The notes below the pieces were generated by a model that was not told the origin of the DNA, did no database searches, and worked only from the letters and a program-made list of their open reading frames with translations. The translations under genes were made by a program, and so were the position numbers. This document shows positions 50,155-63,398 of a stretch of DNA of 64,000 bases, one piece after another; position 1 is the first letter of the stretch, and each line of letters begins with the position of its first letter. The DNA lies in assembly GCA_051313645.2 (NCBI GenBank), contig JBNRSN020000012.1, forward strand, positions 68,696,001 through 68,760,000, given 5' to 3'. Source of the DNA: Centroscyllium fabricii. Lineage: Eukaryota.

Positions 50155-50260
50155 GTGCGATTGTTGTCAAGCAGTTCTGCTGGGGATTGAGCAGCAGGTC
50201 GTCCGCGTAAATCAGTATAAGCAAGGCCAAGCAAAAACTCAGCAGCAGGTAGAAAGTGAG
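50155..50260 (+). CDS. COPS7B: COPS7B coding exon 5 (106 nt)
   Basis: (W)CDCCQAVLLGIEQQVVRVNQYKQGQAKTQQQVESE; acceptor CTTAACAG; donor GTAAGT at 50261. Confidence 0.95.
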
Positions 50261-50389
50261 GTAAGTTATGAAGATAAACAAGAAATGACCATTAGACCCA
50301 TCAATCCTGCTTCTTCCACAGAACATGTACAGTTTACTTTAATATGGACAGTAGCGAACCTATTTAATCTCTTGACGGGGATTTGTCAT

Positions 50390-50605
50390 TTAGAAACTTA
50401 GAAACATAGAAGATAGGAGCAGGAGTAGGCCATTTGGCCGCTCGAGCCTGCTCCGCCATTCAATGTGATCATGGCTGACCATCCAAATTCAGTACCCTGT
50501 CCCTGCTTTCTCCCCATACGCCTTGATCCCTTTAGCATTAAGAAATATATCCAACTCCTTCTTGAATACATTTAATGTATTGACCTCTACTGCCTTCTGT
50601 GGTAG
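50390..50605 (-). mobile_element. CR1 LINE 3' tail
   Basis: (TAGAAACA)n tail, then ATAGGAGCAGGAGTAGGCC and CR1 end sequence. Confidence 0.8.
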
Positions 50606-50794
50606 CTGGAACCTTACAAAAAAATTCAAATGTGCACCTGTATCAAATGCTTTTTCAAAATCAAGTAATTTTTAGAATATTTCTGTAGCTTGATCGCTTT
50701 TGCTGCTATCTTATTATCTAATTTCCAAATCTCAACTTTGCATGTTCTTATAACTTTTGAAGCAGTGAGTTCTCGTGGCTAAAATTCTTCCTTT

Positions 50795-51050
50795 AACTAC
50801 CATCAAAACCAGATTAACTAGTCATTCATTCATTTTGCTATTTGTGGGATCTTGCTGTGTACATAAGTCCGACATTACAACAGCACTTCAAAAGTACTTC
50901 ATTGGCTGTAAAAAGCTTTGGGATGTCCTGAGGTCGTGAAAGGTGCCATATAAATGCAAGTCTTTTTTTTAATAAGTGACTGCATTTCAAAAGTACTCCA
51001 TTGGGTGTGATACTTTGGGACATCCTGAGTATGTGATACAGCAGCACTAT
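50795..51050 (+). mobile_element. Deu-domain SINE (SacSINE1/AmnSINE1-like) 3' fragments, partly duplicated
   Basis: TTTGTGGGATCTTGCTGTG...CACTTCAAAAGTACTTCATTGGCTGTAAA...GGGATGTCCTGAGGTCGTGAAAGG...ATAAATGCAAG. Confidence 0.65.
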
Positions 51051-51854
51051 ATCCATTTATTTCCTCCCTTCTGTGAATTTGATTGAAACAGTTTCTGCAT
51101 TTTAGATAAAATGTTTCAATAATTCTTTCTTTGTAAATTCTCATCTTTGGACTGCCTAACCTAGCCATCGATATTGCCAAGAAGGCTGGGGGAGGATTGA
51201 CTTGCTTAGAGAAGGCCATGAATGCCTCCTGTGGCTGGTGGTAGGAGGTGCTAGAAACTGCTAGGTATATTTTTCCCCTTTTTTTGTGCTACCACAATCA
51301 TCATTCACAGCTAAAATGGGACCTGATGTTCTTTTTTATTCGTATATGGGGGGCGGGCGTCGCTGGCAAGGGCAGCATTTATTGCCCGTCCCTAATTGCC
51401 CTTGAGAAGGTGGTGGTGAGCTGCCTTCTTGAACCGCTGCCATCTATACTCATTCCTATTCTGGATGTTGATGAAGCTTCATTGTTCAGTACCATTGAGT
51501 TGCCCAAATTTAATTATTTTTTCCTGGAGGTATAGATTTTGATGTCCTTAACTTTATTACACAAAAGAACAATAGTTGTTGCTTTGGCAAAAGATAACCT
51601 GATGTACAGGTTGAATGGAACTCAAAAGGTTTGCAAGTCTGATTGAATCCAACAAAAGTCCAAAATATCCATTGACATCGTTGGTGCGAAACAGGACCTG
51701 GGGAAAACTTGTATGTCATCTTCTTTTGTTTCTAACGTAGACACTTCATGGTAACAATTTCATCATAGTTTATTACTGTTGGATATTATAGGCTTAACTT
51801 AATATAGTAGGACAACTGGGGAGAGATAGCTGGGGCATGATCATGACATTTGCT

Positions 51855-52035
51855 GAAACATAGAAGATAGGAGCAAGAGTAGGCCATTCGGCCCTTCGAG
51901 CCTGCTCCGCCATTCAATGAGATCATGGCTGATCATCCAAACCCAATACCCTGTCCCTGCCTTGTCCCCATATCCCTCGATCCCTATCGAGCCTGCACCG
52001 ACACATATCCCCACCCTATCCCCGTAACCCCACAC
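51855..52035 (-). mobile_element. HE1-like SINE 3' fragment
   Basis: Reverse complement of 42685-42866. Confidence 0.88.
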
Positions 52036-52299
52036 ATTAGCTGACATTAGCTGAAACATGGGGCAAGCACACCTGATGGGCTTAAATAGATCAACATGCA
52101 TAAATGTAATTATATAGCTGACAATACACCGCTTATTGGCTTTAATAAGTAATATTAGGAGAGCGGTGCACAGGGATAACGTGCTCAGTTAGCTTTTTTT
52201 TTAAACTGAAGTAGTTTAAATGCTTTCCTGTGCATCATGGTTCAATGCTCTGCCTCAAGAATAACATGAATTTTGATTGTTGTAATTTTTATTTTTAAG

Positions 52300-52458
52300 G
52301 TGGCGAACATAAAGAAGACATTGAAAGCAACAGCTTCTACCTCAGCACAAGATCCTGATCAACATCCCATGGATCGTGACACTCCACAGCTTGTTGAACA
52401 ACGTCCATCTACAAAGAAATTGTCAAAAGCTAAAAGTTTATCATCTAGCCGTCATTAG
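52300..52458 (+). CDS. COPS7B: COPS7B last coding exon (159 nt including stop)
   Basis: [18 protein letters not shown]...[20 protein letters not shown]; the ...SSRH end is characteristic of 7B rather than 7A. The six exons sum to 795 nt = 264 aa + stop. Confidence 0.95.
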   Translation: MANIKKTLKATASTSAQDPDQHPMDRDTPQLVEQRPSTKKLSKAKSLSSSRH

Positions 52459-54202
52459 AACAGTACGTGGGCAGGAATACTCCAATGCAGATAGGGAAAC
52501 TGAGAAGAAATGAAAATATAATGAACTGTGCAACAGTTCACATAAATGACGCATTGAAAAAGATGTAAACAACTTTTCCTGTGCATTTGAAAAAAATTTT
52601 TTGTAATACGCAGGTTTTATAGTAGAAAACTGAATGACTACTGAATCATCCTTTCCTATTAAAAGGTACTAGTTACAAATGGACTTCTGAAGTGATATGC
52701 ATGCAAAAAGGCTTTATGTTCACATTTGTTCACTGTTCCCTGTAATAGTAAGCCTGTAGGCACACATAGTACCACAAAAGTTAGTCTGCAATGAAGTTAC
52801 TTTAAACACAATCTCTACAGTTAGTAGATTCGAAAGAAATTTAAATAGAAAACTAATGACTTGTATTTTATTGAGGTACTTAACTGATGCAAATACTTTG
52901 CTCCATAAATCTTGTCTTCAATAATCTCAAATTGATGCACTTAAAAAGAGCCAACAGACTTGAAATGTGATTGCTCAAAAGCACATTGGAAAGAGACGGA
53001 AACAGTCCTGAGGTTCTTTGATGCAATTAATGGTGCCTTTAGCATTAGAACTAAAAATTTCAAGACTTTAGTTTGAGCATTGCCTTTCAAAGCACAATTA
53101 GTAACCACAAAAAATGGAGACATGTCATTAGATGCAAATTGCATTTAAGAATACAAATATGTGGTCGTTGCATAACTTTCTGGATGGGTAATCTGTGTAA
53201 ATTACAACCCAAAAACGTGATTATATTTATCCAATGAAAAGCAAAAACAAATGTATAAATCTGGTGAGAAGTTTAAGACCGTATTTTAAAGTGCCGGCAA
53301 TTCGACTCTCAAACCATTCTATCTATATTAACCTTTTGAATAGAGAAACAATTGGCCTTGAGATTTTCCTGGTGGGAAGCAACCTGGAGCCTGGCATTGT
53401 ATTTGACACAGTGGGGGTAATTTTAACCTAACCTGCTAGCGATAAACTGACTGGATTGGATCGACCACACATTTTACTTTCTGATTTTATTTTCCATTTC
53501 CAGGTTAAATTAATCCCCCTTTTATTTTTTAGAGCATTTCTCCCATCAGACATGGCTAGACTCATTTTCTCAAATGGACAGAACTTCAGATTAGTGAGTC
53601 GATGGAAGATATCAAAAAATAAATCTGGCTTCCTGGTCCATTCTCTGCAACCTGAAGGATTTTTCATTTGCATACATTAAAAAGAAATGCCTATACATAG
53701 AATTTAAATGCGGACCTAACAGGGTGGGTATTCTATTATCCTTAAGGTAAAACTTAAGGATAATAGAATAAGTAAAGAAGGGGGGAGAGGTAGTGTTCTC
53801 AGTCGGGGAAGATTTGGCATCAACAGAATGACACACATCCTCAGAGAAAAAGTTATCAAAATTAATTTAAGCCTGTCGCAGCACTAGTGTGAGGTTAGTA
53901 ATTGAGGGCATACTACAAAACTCAAAGGAGAAGTGTCAAAGGCAATATGGAACTGAGGAGATGAGGGAGGGAATGAAGGAAAAAATGTATTACTTTAATT
54001 GTCCTGAATTCTTGCAAAAGTAAATTGGAACGGTACAGATTAAGTGAGGCCATCAAGAAGGAGAAGATTAGTTATTGAAAAAAGTGGGAAAAAATTATAA
54101 TACCTTGTACCAACAAAAATAATCTGATTCTTCAGATGTGTTCAGGTGAGTACCATAAGGATAAGATGAGAATTACGGTGGTGTTAAAGGACATTGTTGA
54201 CG

Positions 54203-54672
54203 TAAGAAATATGAGCAGGAGTAGGCCACACGGCCCCTCGAGCCTGCTCCGCCTTCAATAAGATCATGGCTCAACTTCTACATCAACTCCACTTTCCTGC
54301 CATATGCCTTGATTTCCTTAGTGCCAAAAAATCTATCGATCTCAGTCTTCAATATACTTGTCGACTGAGCATCCATAGCCTTCCGAGGCAGAGAATGCCA
54401 AAGATTCACAATCCTCTTGAGTGAAGAAATTTCTCCTCATCTCAGTCCAGAGTGGCTGACCCCTTATCCTGAGACTGTGACCCCCTAGTTCTAGACTCTC
54501 CAGCCAGGGGGAACAGCCTCTCCGTATCTACCCTGTCAAGTGCACTAAGAATTTTGTACGTTTCAATGAGATCACTTCTCATTCTTCTAAAGTCCAGAGA
54601 ATATTGGCCCATTCTACTCAATCTGTCCTCATAGGACAACCCTCTCATCCCAGAAATCAATCTAGTGAACCG
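54203..54672 (-). mobile_element. CR1 LINE 3' end
   Basis: ORF 54442-54660 (LSYEDRLSRMG, DLIETYKIL, GESRTRG). Confidence 0.85.
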
Positions 54673-55033
54673 AAGTTGAAGGAATATTCCTCCGGCACTT
54701 TGTCAGGGAATACATTGCAGAACAAAATAAAAAAAGAGATTGGCAATCCAATTATTTAGAAAGTGTAGGTAATTGTTTGGAACCAAGGTAATACTCAAAA
54801 GACTTGCAGCAGATAAAATGATTGGAATCTTGATGAAATGAGAGTGAAGTGACTTGAGAATTACAGGGCAAATTAGCTTAATATTACTTGTGGAAATGAA
54901 GGTATCTGTAAAAAGGAAGATTTGCCTTGAATTGTGTTTGAGGATATAATCGTTTGTAGGAAATTCAGATTTATATGGTGAATTGGGTATAACTTACTTC
55001 TGAATGGGCCAGTATGTGTAAAATAGATTCCAT

Positions 55034-58000
55034 GGGGGGGGATTTTCCTGCAGGTGCGGCGAATTGTCAGGTTTTGGGCGGGTCAACTTTCTGACCCGCC
55101 CGCTCAAGTGCCTGGGAGGCCCACGCAATTTTATTTTAATTGGGCAATCAATTCCCTGCGTGTGGGAGCCCTTTCCAATACACAAAATCCAGTCAGAAAG
55201 TTGCAGAATATGATGTCACCATGTCAGTTGCTTTAAAGTGTCAGAGCAAGCCCTTCCCACTCTGCAGGCTACTCTTTGCATTTGGTAGAATGTCTCAGGA
55301 TGGCTCAGCATCTGTCCGCTGAAAGGGGCCGACCAGCTCCCCGATTCACGGAGGAGTCCCTGCAGGCATTGGTGGAGGGGGCAACGGCTCAGAGGGAGGT
55401 TCTCCTCCCTGCCTCAGGGAGGAAGAGACCTCCCTCCCAAACGAAGGCTGCTTGGCAGCAAGTGGCAGAATCAGTAAATTCTGTCTCAGTGACACCAAGG
55501 AGTTGCATCCAGTGCAGGAAGAGATTCAATGACCTGCATATAACTGGAAAAGTAAGTATGAAGTTACCATCGCCCTTAATCTAATCCCCATTGGCTTTCC
55601 TCACCAACACTTGCATTCACCAATCTCTTCCTCCACTTCCCACTCACATTCATGAACCCTTACCCATTCCCTCTCTATGCTAACAAACACTTAACTATTC
55701 CACCAAGCATCCCTCACACTCCCTCTCACTCTGATGCTTGGACAACAACTGACAGCACACACGGAGGGACCTTGGTCTTGCGACCTCACTCCATCTTTCC
55801 CTCCAACTATCAATGCTACTCTCTGCACTCACTCCTTCATTCTCACTCAACTTCCACTTGTCTCCCTCATTGCAGGCGAAGGCAGCTCACAATAAGAGGG
55901 AGCAAGCCAGGACCGGAGGAGGACCAGCATCAGTAGCCCACCTCACCACATGGGAGGAAGCGGTCCTCGACCTACTGGAGGATGAAGTGACAGCGCCTGT
56001 TGGGGACGATCAGAGAGGTTCATCCTCGCAAGCTGGTGACACATTTGTTTGACATCTCTCCTCATTGCATTAGTGGCACATAATGATGCTGAATGTACAT
56101 CTTATGAACTTATGAGCATCTGCAGGATGCAATGTATATGTAACCTTGCCATTACATCTCTAACTCTTTCCTTTACTCCCCACAGGACCATCGACAGCCC
56201 CCATCCCCAGTGGCCATGAGGAACAGCCTGAGGCTGAAGACTCCTCAGAGGAACCTGCAACCTCTGAGGGTGCAGCGTCAGCACACCCAGCACCAGTGCA
56301 GATACTCACACTTCGGTGGGACCTTCGCGGCATAGATTAGTATTGTCACCTGGTGAATCACAGCTCACAAGTGAGCCTCAGCAGATTGTGGAGACAGGGA
56401 CAGCAGTGGAGAGTCTGAGTCAGAGGTCGCAGGACTCTCCCAGATCAGCTCAGCTGCATGTTGACCCTCATCCTCTGGGTCCATCCGCTCTAGCAGAGGT
56501 GCTGGCACTCCATGGACAGATGCAGGAGTCTCTGGCTGGTTTTGTCTCCAGGGTCGCTGCTAGTGTGGAGCGAATGGAGGAGTCCATAGCTAACATGAGC
56601 AGGGCCTTTGTGAAGTCACAGGCGCAACAAAGCAGCACCATGGAAAGGATGGCAACCTCCGTGGAAAGGCTGGCTACAGTCATGGAGGCAGGAAGTCGCC
56701 GGAGTGAGGATTACATGGTGAGTGTTCTGAATAGACTGACATCTCTGGAGGAGCGATGGTCAGCTACTGAACACCGAGACCAGACCTTCATGGGAGTCCC
56801 TCTGAGAAGGACTGCCAGTGCAGATACGGGTGCCCATAGCCCCCCTGATGTGCAGCAAGTTGCTCTCCAGCCACCTGCAGGCGCTGAGGGGGAGCTGACC
56901 CACAGGCTCGCCACCCCTGAGGACGCCCGCCAAAGGTGTCCAGACAGGAGCAGCAGGAAAGTGAGCAAGGGGCCTCCACATCTGCTGAAGCCACAGGAGA
57001 ACCACTACGTAGGAGCACACGTAAAAGAAAACTAAAGCACTAATAATCACAAGGGGAGTCACTTGGGTGAAATGTAATGTTTAATTATGCCACTTTTTTA
57101 CACTAAAAATGTGATTGCAGTTGTGGCGTCTGTGATTTTTTGCATAGGGCTTTCACAATGAGGGCTTATGGGTACTTGCAATTGACAGTATGCTGCAAAA
57201 GGAGCTAGGAATCCGCTGGGTGATGGCCATGGAGGATGCTCAGATGTGAAGCTGTGAGTCACAAGTCTTTAGTTTTGAAAAAAGGTTATCGACCTGAAAC
57301 ATTAACTCTGCTCCTCTCTCCACCGATGCTGCCTGGCCTGCTGAGTTTCTCCAGCGTTTTCTGTTGTTAAGTCACAAGTCTTTGATTGAGTAGGTAAGTA
57401 AATCTTCCCAGGATGATATTGTTCCTAGCAGCCCGGCCAGCAGTAGCCTTGCGTACTGCTGCAGCTGGTTCTGCTGCTGGTGCTGGATGTGCAGCTGCCA
57501 CCTCTGCCGCTGGTGCTCCTGTAATGCCAAGAAGGGAAGGAAAAAAGGCCTCCCATGCTTCTGGTGCCTGCCTCCGCTGAGGAAGCAGTGTATGAGGGTG
57601 GAGAGAGTGCTTTCACAGGAACCCACACTGCAGAGTAGTGGGGCTGCAGGCTTCCAAAGGACTGATGAAGGCTGCAGCAGGTTACCCTATGCCTGAAACC
57701 TCTGCCCTTCCAGCTGCCAATGAAAGCAGCTTCAATGTGCATCGGTATGATCAACCTGCTGTTGATAATCAGCGAGCAGATTATATTCCCGCTAGGCTTC
57801 ACTGGCGGGGTTTGAGGATGGCGGGTATTGGGTGGGAAACGCGTGAAAATAGCTGAGGGCCCTTAAAATAGGATTATCCAGGCAATTAAGGGCCCTCAAC
57901 GAGCTGACTGAGCATCCCCACTGGTGGCGGGCGGGAAACATTTGGGGCGGGGAAACCCGCCCGAGGAAAATAGCAAATCGTCGGGGATCCGGCAGGGTGG

Positions 58001-58079
58001 GTTCCCGCCTGCCGGAATTGTGATTTTAGGCCCCGCCCCGCCGGAAACCCGCACTCAGGGACCTAGGAAAATTACCCCC
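55034..58079 (+). mobile_element. PIF/Harbinger transposon, internally deleted
   Basis: Termini GGGGGGGGATTTTCCT / AGGAAAATTACCCCC; 3-bp TSD CAT; contains a Myb/SANT gene; no recognisable intact DDE transposase. Confidence 0.82.
55300..57035 (+). pseudogene. Harbinger Myb/SANT-like DNA-binding protein gene, 3 exons (55300-55551, 55876-56035, 56186-57035), frameshifted near 56285
   Basis: APRFTEESLQALVE...AWQQVAESVN...RSCIQCRKRFNDL | AKAAHNKREQARTGGG; GT-AG sites with matching phases; the exon-3 frame hits TAG at ~56340 while the coiled-coil-like frame (56316-57035) continues in another frame. Confidence 0.75.
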
Positions 58080-58135
58080 CATATATTACTGCACTGTGAA
58101 AATATATGCATTTTCATGCACGAAGTTGGAAACCA

Positions 58136-58762
58136 ACATAAACACAACAGCAGGCCAGGCAGCATCGGTGGAGAGAAATATCGAGTTGACGTTTTGGGTT
58201 GGGACCCTTTATCAAAACTGAAGCTGGGGAATGAAACAAGCCAGGAAGGCGGGGGGAGGTGGGAAGGAACAAAGAGAAGACAGCACAAAGAGAAAAGACT
58301 TTGAGAGGTATTCAAAATGAGACGAGATGCTGTGGACAGGAGACAGCTGTTAATTAGGTGTGAAGAAATCTGGCAGAACGGGAGGTGGCTGCCACAATAG
58401 AGAAAAGAAAGGCCAAATAAAAGGTATGGAATAAAAAGAGGTAAAAATATAATGGGAGCCAGAGTTATGAACTGAAATTGTTGAACTCGATATTGAGTCC
58501 GGAGGGCTGTAAAGTGCCCACTCAGAAGATGAGGTGCTGTTCCTCGAGTTTATGTTGAGCTTCCAAGGAACAATGTAATAGGCCAAGGACAGAGAGATCA
58601 GAGTGGGAGTGAAGCGGAGAATTAAAGTGACAGGCGACCGGGAGCTCGGGGTCCCCCTTGCAGACTGCGTTTGATCTCTCCACCGATTCTGCCTGGCCTG
58701 CTGAGTCCAACATTTTCTGTTGTTATTTTGGATTTCCAGCATCTGCAATATTTTGCTATTAA
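58136..58762 (-). mobile_element. Penelope-derived non-autonomous repeat (related copy at 60405-60836)
   Basis: GIY-YIG C-terminal remnant PELPVACHFNS...GLLHCSLEAQHKLEEQHLIF; short inverted flanking pieces. Confidence 0.72.
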
Positions 58763-58844
58763 ACACAAGAGCAATCATCTTCATTATGGTTTTTATAATG
58801 GAAAGTTATACCTTTTCTCAAATTTATAAGTCCTAACCAGTTCT

Positions 58845-59231
58845 AAACATAGAAACTAGGAGCAGGACATTCGGCCCTTCAAGCCTGCTCCGCCATTCAA
58901 TGAGATCATGGCTGATCATCCAAACCCAGTACCCCGCCCCTGCCCTCTCCCCATATCCCTCGATCCCTATCGAGCCTGCACCGACACATATCCCACCCTA
59001 TCCCCGTAACCCCACATATTCAATCCCCCTAACACTAAGGGTCAATTTATCATGGCCAATCAACCTAACCGCACATCTTTGGACTGTGGGAGGAAACCAG
59101 AGCACCCGGAGGAAACCCACGCAGACACGGGGAGAATGTGCAAACTCCACATAGATAGTACCCGAGGCTGGATTTGAACCCGGGTCTCTAGTGCTGTAAG
59201 GCAACAGTGCTAACCACTATGCCACCGTGCC
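58845..59231 (-). mobile_element. Full-length HE1-like V-SINE
   Basis: Near-identical reverse complement of 42482-42866, including A and B boxes. Confidence 0.92.
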
Positions 59232-60404
59232 GGAAAGTTTCCCGGTACAAAAAAATCAGGATTGCATGTTTTTTATAAGTGAAATATTACTGAATGAGAT
59301 TGGAACACATTAATTTTGCAACTGCCAGGACATCTCTTCTCAGTGACTACTGCAAGTTTGATGACTTCCCCGGACAGGGCTCTCATCCTCTCTTCAGAAA
59401 TGTGTTTTTTCTCTCTAGATGACTGGGCTATGGAGCCATATGTAGCTGTAAGTATTACTTTCTGGTGTAATTCAATATTAGATGACTCTAATGGTGTTAA
59501 AGGGTGGTGCAGAGTGTTTTCAAACAACTATGGTCCCCAAAGAGTCATCAGTTAAGTTGGTTCCGTGCTTTAAAACAGCTTACCATGCTCAAAATAAAAG
59601 CTGTAACAAGAAGATTCCCCTTTTAGAGCAAATATATTTTATATAGGCACATATGATGTGGCTATAAATAGCAAACACATGAAATCTTCCCATTGTGGGT
59701 TGGGCCAGAAGTATTTTTAGCCACTTACAGCCTTCCTGTTTGGGATTACAAAGAACCCTGTATATTGAACAATTGGAAAATTGACATCGTTAATTGAAAA
59801 GTAGTGATACATAGCTGTTAGGTTACTGTAGCAATATTATTCCACGCTGGCAGTAAATACTGATTTGAATCATTCAGAAGGGATTGGATTGATTCCTTAT
59901 TCAATCGGAAGTAGAAGGAATAAGGGTTTGGAATAGGAAAGTGTTTCTGAAAAAGAAATAGCCAGATTGGATTCTGAAACCAGACCTGGAAGACAGAACA
60001 AGTTGAATGCTTAATGATCTTTTCAGTTTCACGTGTTATGTATTTATTTTCTAAATGTAGGTTGTTTCCACAGAAGACGTAGCTGCATTTAGGTGACTGG
60101 AATAGATCTATATTCTAACCATTATGGTCATAACAGAAGGCATAACAATATTGAATTCCTTACTAAAATATTCCTCAGTAAACTATTGCAGATGCTGAAA
60201 ATCTGAGAATGGGTCTCAAGACCTGAAACATCAACTGACTGACCTGTTTCTCCACAGACGCTGCCTGACCTGCTGAGTATTTCTAGCTCTTCGGGGTTTT
60301 TAAAAAAAATTCTTGCTACAAGACAGTTTCAAATATGACAATGAAACGAATGTGATTATCTAGCCACTAGAGGGAAGCAAACATCATATTTTCAGTGTAT
60401 AATA

Positions 60405-60836
60405 ACGACAGAAAATGCTGGAAAAACTCAGCAGGCCAGGCAGCATCAGTGGAGAGAAATATAGAGTTGACGTTTCGGGTTCAGACTCTTTATCAAAACT
60501 GGAGAATGAAACACAAGCAGGAAGGCTGGAGGGGAGGGGAAAGGAACAAAGAGAAACAGCACAGAAAGAAAAGACTGAGATGAGATCTGTGGACAGGAGA
60601 CAGTAGTTGATTAGGTGTGAAAACGCTGGCAGAATAAGAAGTGGCTGCCACGACAGAGAAAAGAAAGGCCAAATAAATATTTTGTAGATAAAAAGAGGAA
60701 AAATATAATGGGGCCAGAGTTATAATCTGAAATTGTTGAACTCGATATTGAGTCCGGAGGGCTGTAAAGATGAGGTGTTGTTCCTCGAGTTTACGCTGAG
60801 CTTCTGAGGAGCAATGCAGCAGGCCAAGGACAGTGT
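60405..60836 (-). mobile_element. Penelope-derived non-autonomous repeat
   Basis: Aligns by eye with 58136-58590; LGLLHCSSEAQRKLEEQHLIF. Confidence 0.72.
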
Positions 60837-61039
60837 ACCTCATCCTGGCCAAATTAAGTTTGTTCTGATTGTGGCAAAACCGTAGCACCATTTTCATTTT
60901 GAATGAGCATAAAAACATGTCTTCTGTTGACTAAATCTAGTGATACAGATTTTTAAAAGTTTATTTATATGTAATTAATAGGTTTCTATTCTTGTTCGTA
61001 ACAAACTGCGAGTTCAGACAGTAAAGATAGACTGTTACA

Positions 61040-62375
61040 AAACCAAAATACTACAGAAGCTGGAAATCTGAAATCAAAACAGGAAATGCTAGAAATATTC
61101 ATCAGGTCAGGTAGCATCTGTGGAGAGAGAAATAAGAGTTAATGTTTGATGCACGATCAATCACAATGAGTCGACGAGATTAAGTAATTGAGGATTTAAT
61201 TAACTAAGAACAGAAGTACAGGTCTTATCGCTATCTGGTCCTGGAATGCCATGAGGTCAACATGGCTGCCACCTTTATACTACAGTCTGTGGGTGGAGCC
61301 TGGAGGCGGAGCCGGCTGAGGCATCCCAGGTGGATACCGGTGGGGACAAGCGGTAACAAGGAGATAACTATATACAACACGGTATTAGTGGGAAACAGTA
61401 TTACTGGTTTACCACAATGTTTCAGGTTTATTTCAGGTCACTGACCTTTCATCAGAACTGGAAAAGGTTAGAGTTGTAACGGGTTTAAAACAAGTACAGA
61501 GGCAGGGAAAGGCGGGAGGGGAGGGACGAACAAAAAGGGAAGGTCTCTGATAGGATGGAAATTAAATGACAAAAGGGAAGATGGTGCAAGGCAAAAGGGA
61601 GATGGTAATGGGACAAGTAAAGAAACAAAGGATGGGTCTAGAGGAGGTGTGAATGGGAATAGCAGAATCATCAACAGCTGCTGTCTGGAAAAATGGGAGC
61701 ATTAGTTATTATCTGAAATGCTGAACTTACCCAATGTTGTATACGGAAGGCTGTAAAGTGCCTAATCGAAAAATGAGGTGCTATTCCTCGAGCTTGCGTT
61801 CAGCTACGTTGGAACCGTGTTGGAAGCAGAGGTCAGAGTGGGAGTGGGGCAGAGAATTAAAATGACCGGCCACCGGAAGCTCGGGGTCACGCTTGCGGAA
61901 TGAACGGAGGTGTTTCGCAAAGCGATCACCCAATCTGCATTTGGTCTCCTCACTGTAGAGGAGACCGCATCGTGAGCAGTGAATACAGTATACTAAGTTA
62001 AAAGAAGTACAAGTAAATCTCTGTTTCAGCTGGAGGGAGTGTTTGGGGCCCTGGACGGTGGGAAAGGAGGAAGTCGAAGGACCGTTGTTGCATGTCCTGC
62101 GCTTGCATGGGGAGCTGCCGTGGGAAGGGGAAAGGGTGTTGGGGGTGATTGAACCAGGGTGTCACGAAGGGAACGATCCCTTTGGAATGCTGTAGGTGGA
62201 GGGGAGGAGAAGATGAGTTTAGTAGTGGCATCATGCTGGAGGTGGCGGAAATGGCAGAAGATGATCTGCGGAAGCTGGTGGGATAGAAGGTGAGGACAAG
62301 GGGAACCCTATCGTGGTTCTGGGAATGAGGGGAAGGAGTGAGAGCAGAAGTGTGGGAAATGGGATGGAGGGGCGA
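61040..62375 (-). mobile_element. Degraded Penelope-like element 3' part, interrupted by a solo LTR
   Basis: Minus-strand GIY-YIG remnants (~61760-62010) and a CTGATGA-stem-GAAA motif at the reverse complement of ~61431-61459. Confidence 0.7.
61147..61416 (-). mobile_element. Solo LTR (270 bp)
   Basis: TG...CA ends; 5-bp TSD ATGTT (61142-61146 and 61417-61421); TATAAA and ATTAAA on the minus strand. Confidence 0.85.
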
Positions 62376-62384
62376 ATAGGCAAG

Positions 62385-63398
62385 GTTGCACGCAAGTTCT
62401 GCTGCAGAGGGGTCAAGTGAGCACTTCGATGGGGCAGGCTACAGAAGAAGGCTGATGGATGTGCACAATGAAATGCTTGGTGCATTGGCAGGCCTGCCTG
62501 CAATGTCAAGGAGCATGGAGGAGTCCAGCACCAGCTTTGCACAGGATGGAAGTGACGGCCAACTCCATTAGTACACTTGCAGGCCCAACCAGGATGCAGC
62601 ATCTGATGGCCGATGTTTCAGCTTCCATTGCAGCACAAGCAGAAGCCACACAACTTCTGGGTACTGCAGTGGAAGCTTAGACTTCTGTCATGCACGGTCA
62701 GCTCGCTGCCACGCAATCTCAGACAGATGCCATCGTGGCTGCGGTTACCAGTGTTCAAGAACCTGCTGTCCTCTCTCCAGATTACAGCATTCGTCCTCTC
62801 ACCCCTGCCACTCCGCCAGTGCCCTTGCTGTTGCCTGTCAGCCATGCAGACCAGACTGCTGCCGCCCATGGTGCAGTCCGAAGCCAGGCCTTCAAGGCCC
62901 AGAGCTGCTCAAGATCACCCTCCAAGGCTATCTGCAGTCTTCCCCACTGAAAGTCAGCAGTCTTCCACCAGCCATGCTGCAGCCAGTGGGTTAGCTCTGC
63001 ATAGGAGCACTAGGACAGGCAAAGGCCCACGGAAGACAGGCACTAAGGGAATGCACAAGTGTGATTAGTTTACATTTGTATGCAATATGGCATGATTTAA
63101 TTTATAAATTTGGTTTGGAATGTTTATTTTGCGTTGGCTTTTATTTTTGTACTGTGACCAAGTGGACACTGTGATGGTCAGTCACCGAGGGAAGGTAAAG
63201 TGTGGGACTGTTGGTGAATGTGGAATTGGGGTTGCGTATACGGCTTCGCAGCCGGGTGTGTCTGTCATGGACAGCCCGGCCAGAAAGGGGCTGTCTGAGT
63301 AGCTTCCTCTTCCTCCGCCTCAGCTGGTCACCATATGGCTGGTGGCAACGGCTGTGCCTCACAAAAGTGAGGTTGTGCAGCATGCAGCAGAACACCAC
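62385..63398. mobile_element. Harbinger remnant: Myb-gene 3' part (+) and transposase C-terminus (-)
   Basis: 62400-63065 resembles the 56500-57060 region; minus ORF 63141-63398 begins VFCCMLHNL, the Harbinger DDE C-terminal motif. Confidence 0.68.

Noticed and set aside
12909-52458. Assignment as COPS7A
   Set aside because: The MAGE start, 264-aa length and ...SSRH C-terminus fit COPS7B better.
52658-52663. ATTAAA as the COPS7B polyadenylation signal
   Set aside because: Plausible, but other candidates lie downstream (for example AATAAA ~53618); not decidable without transcript data.
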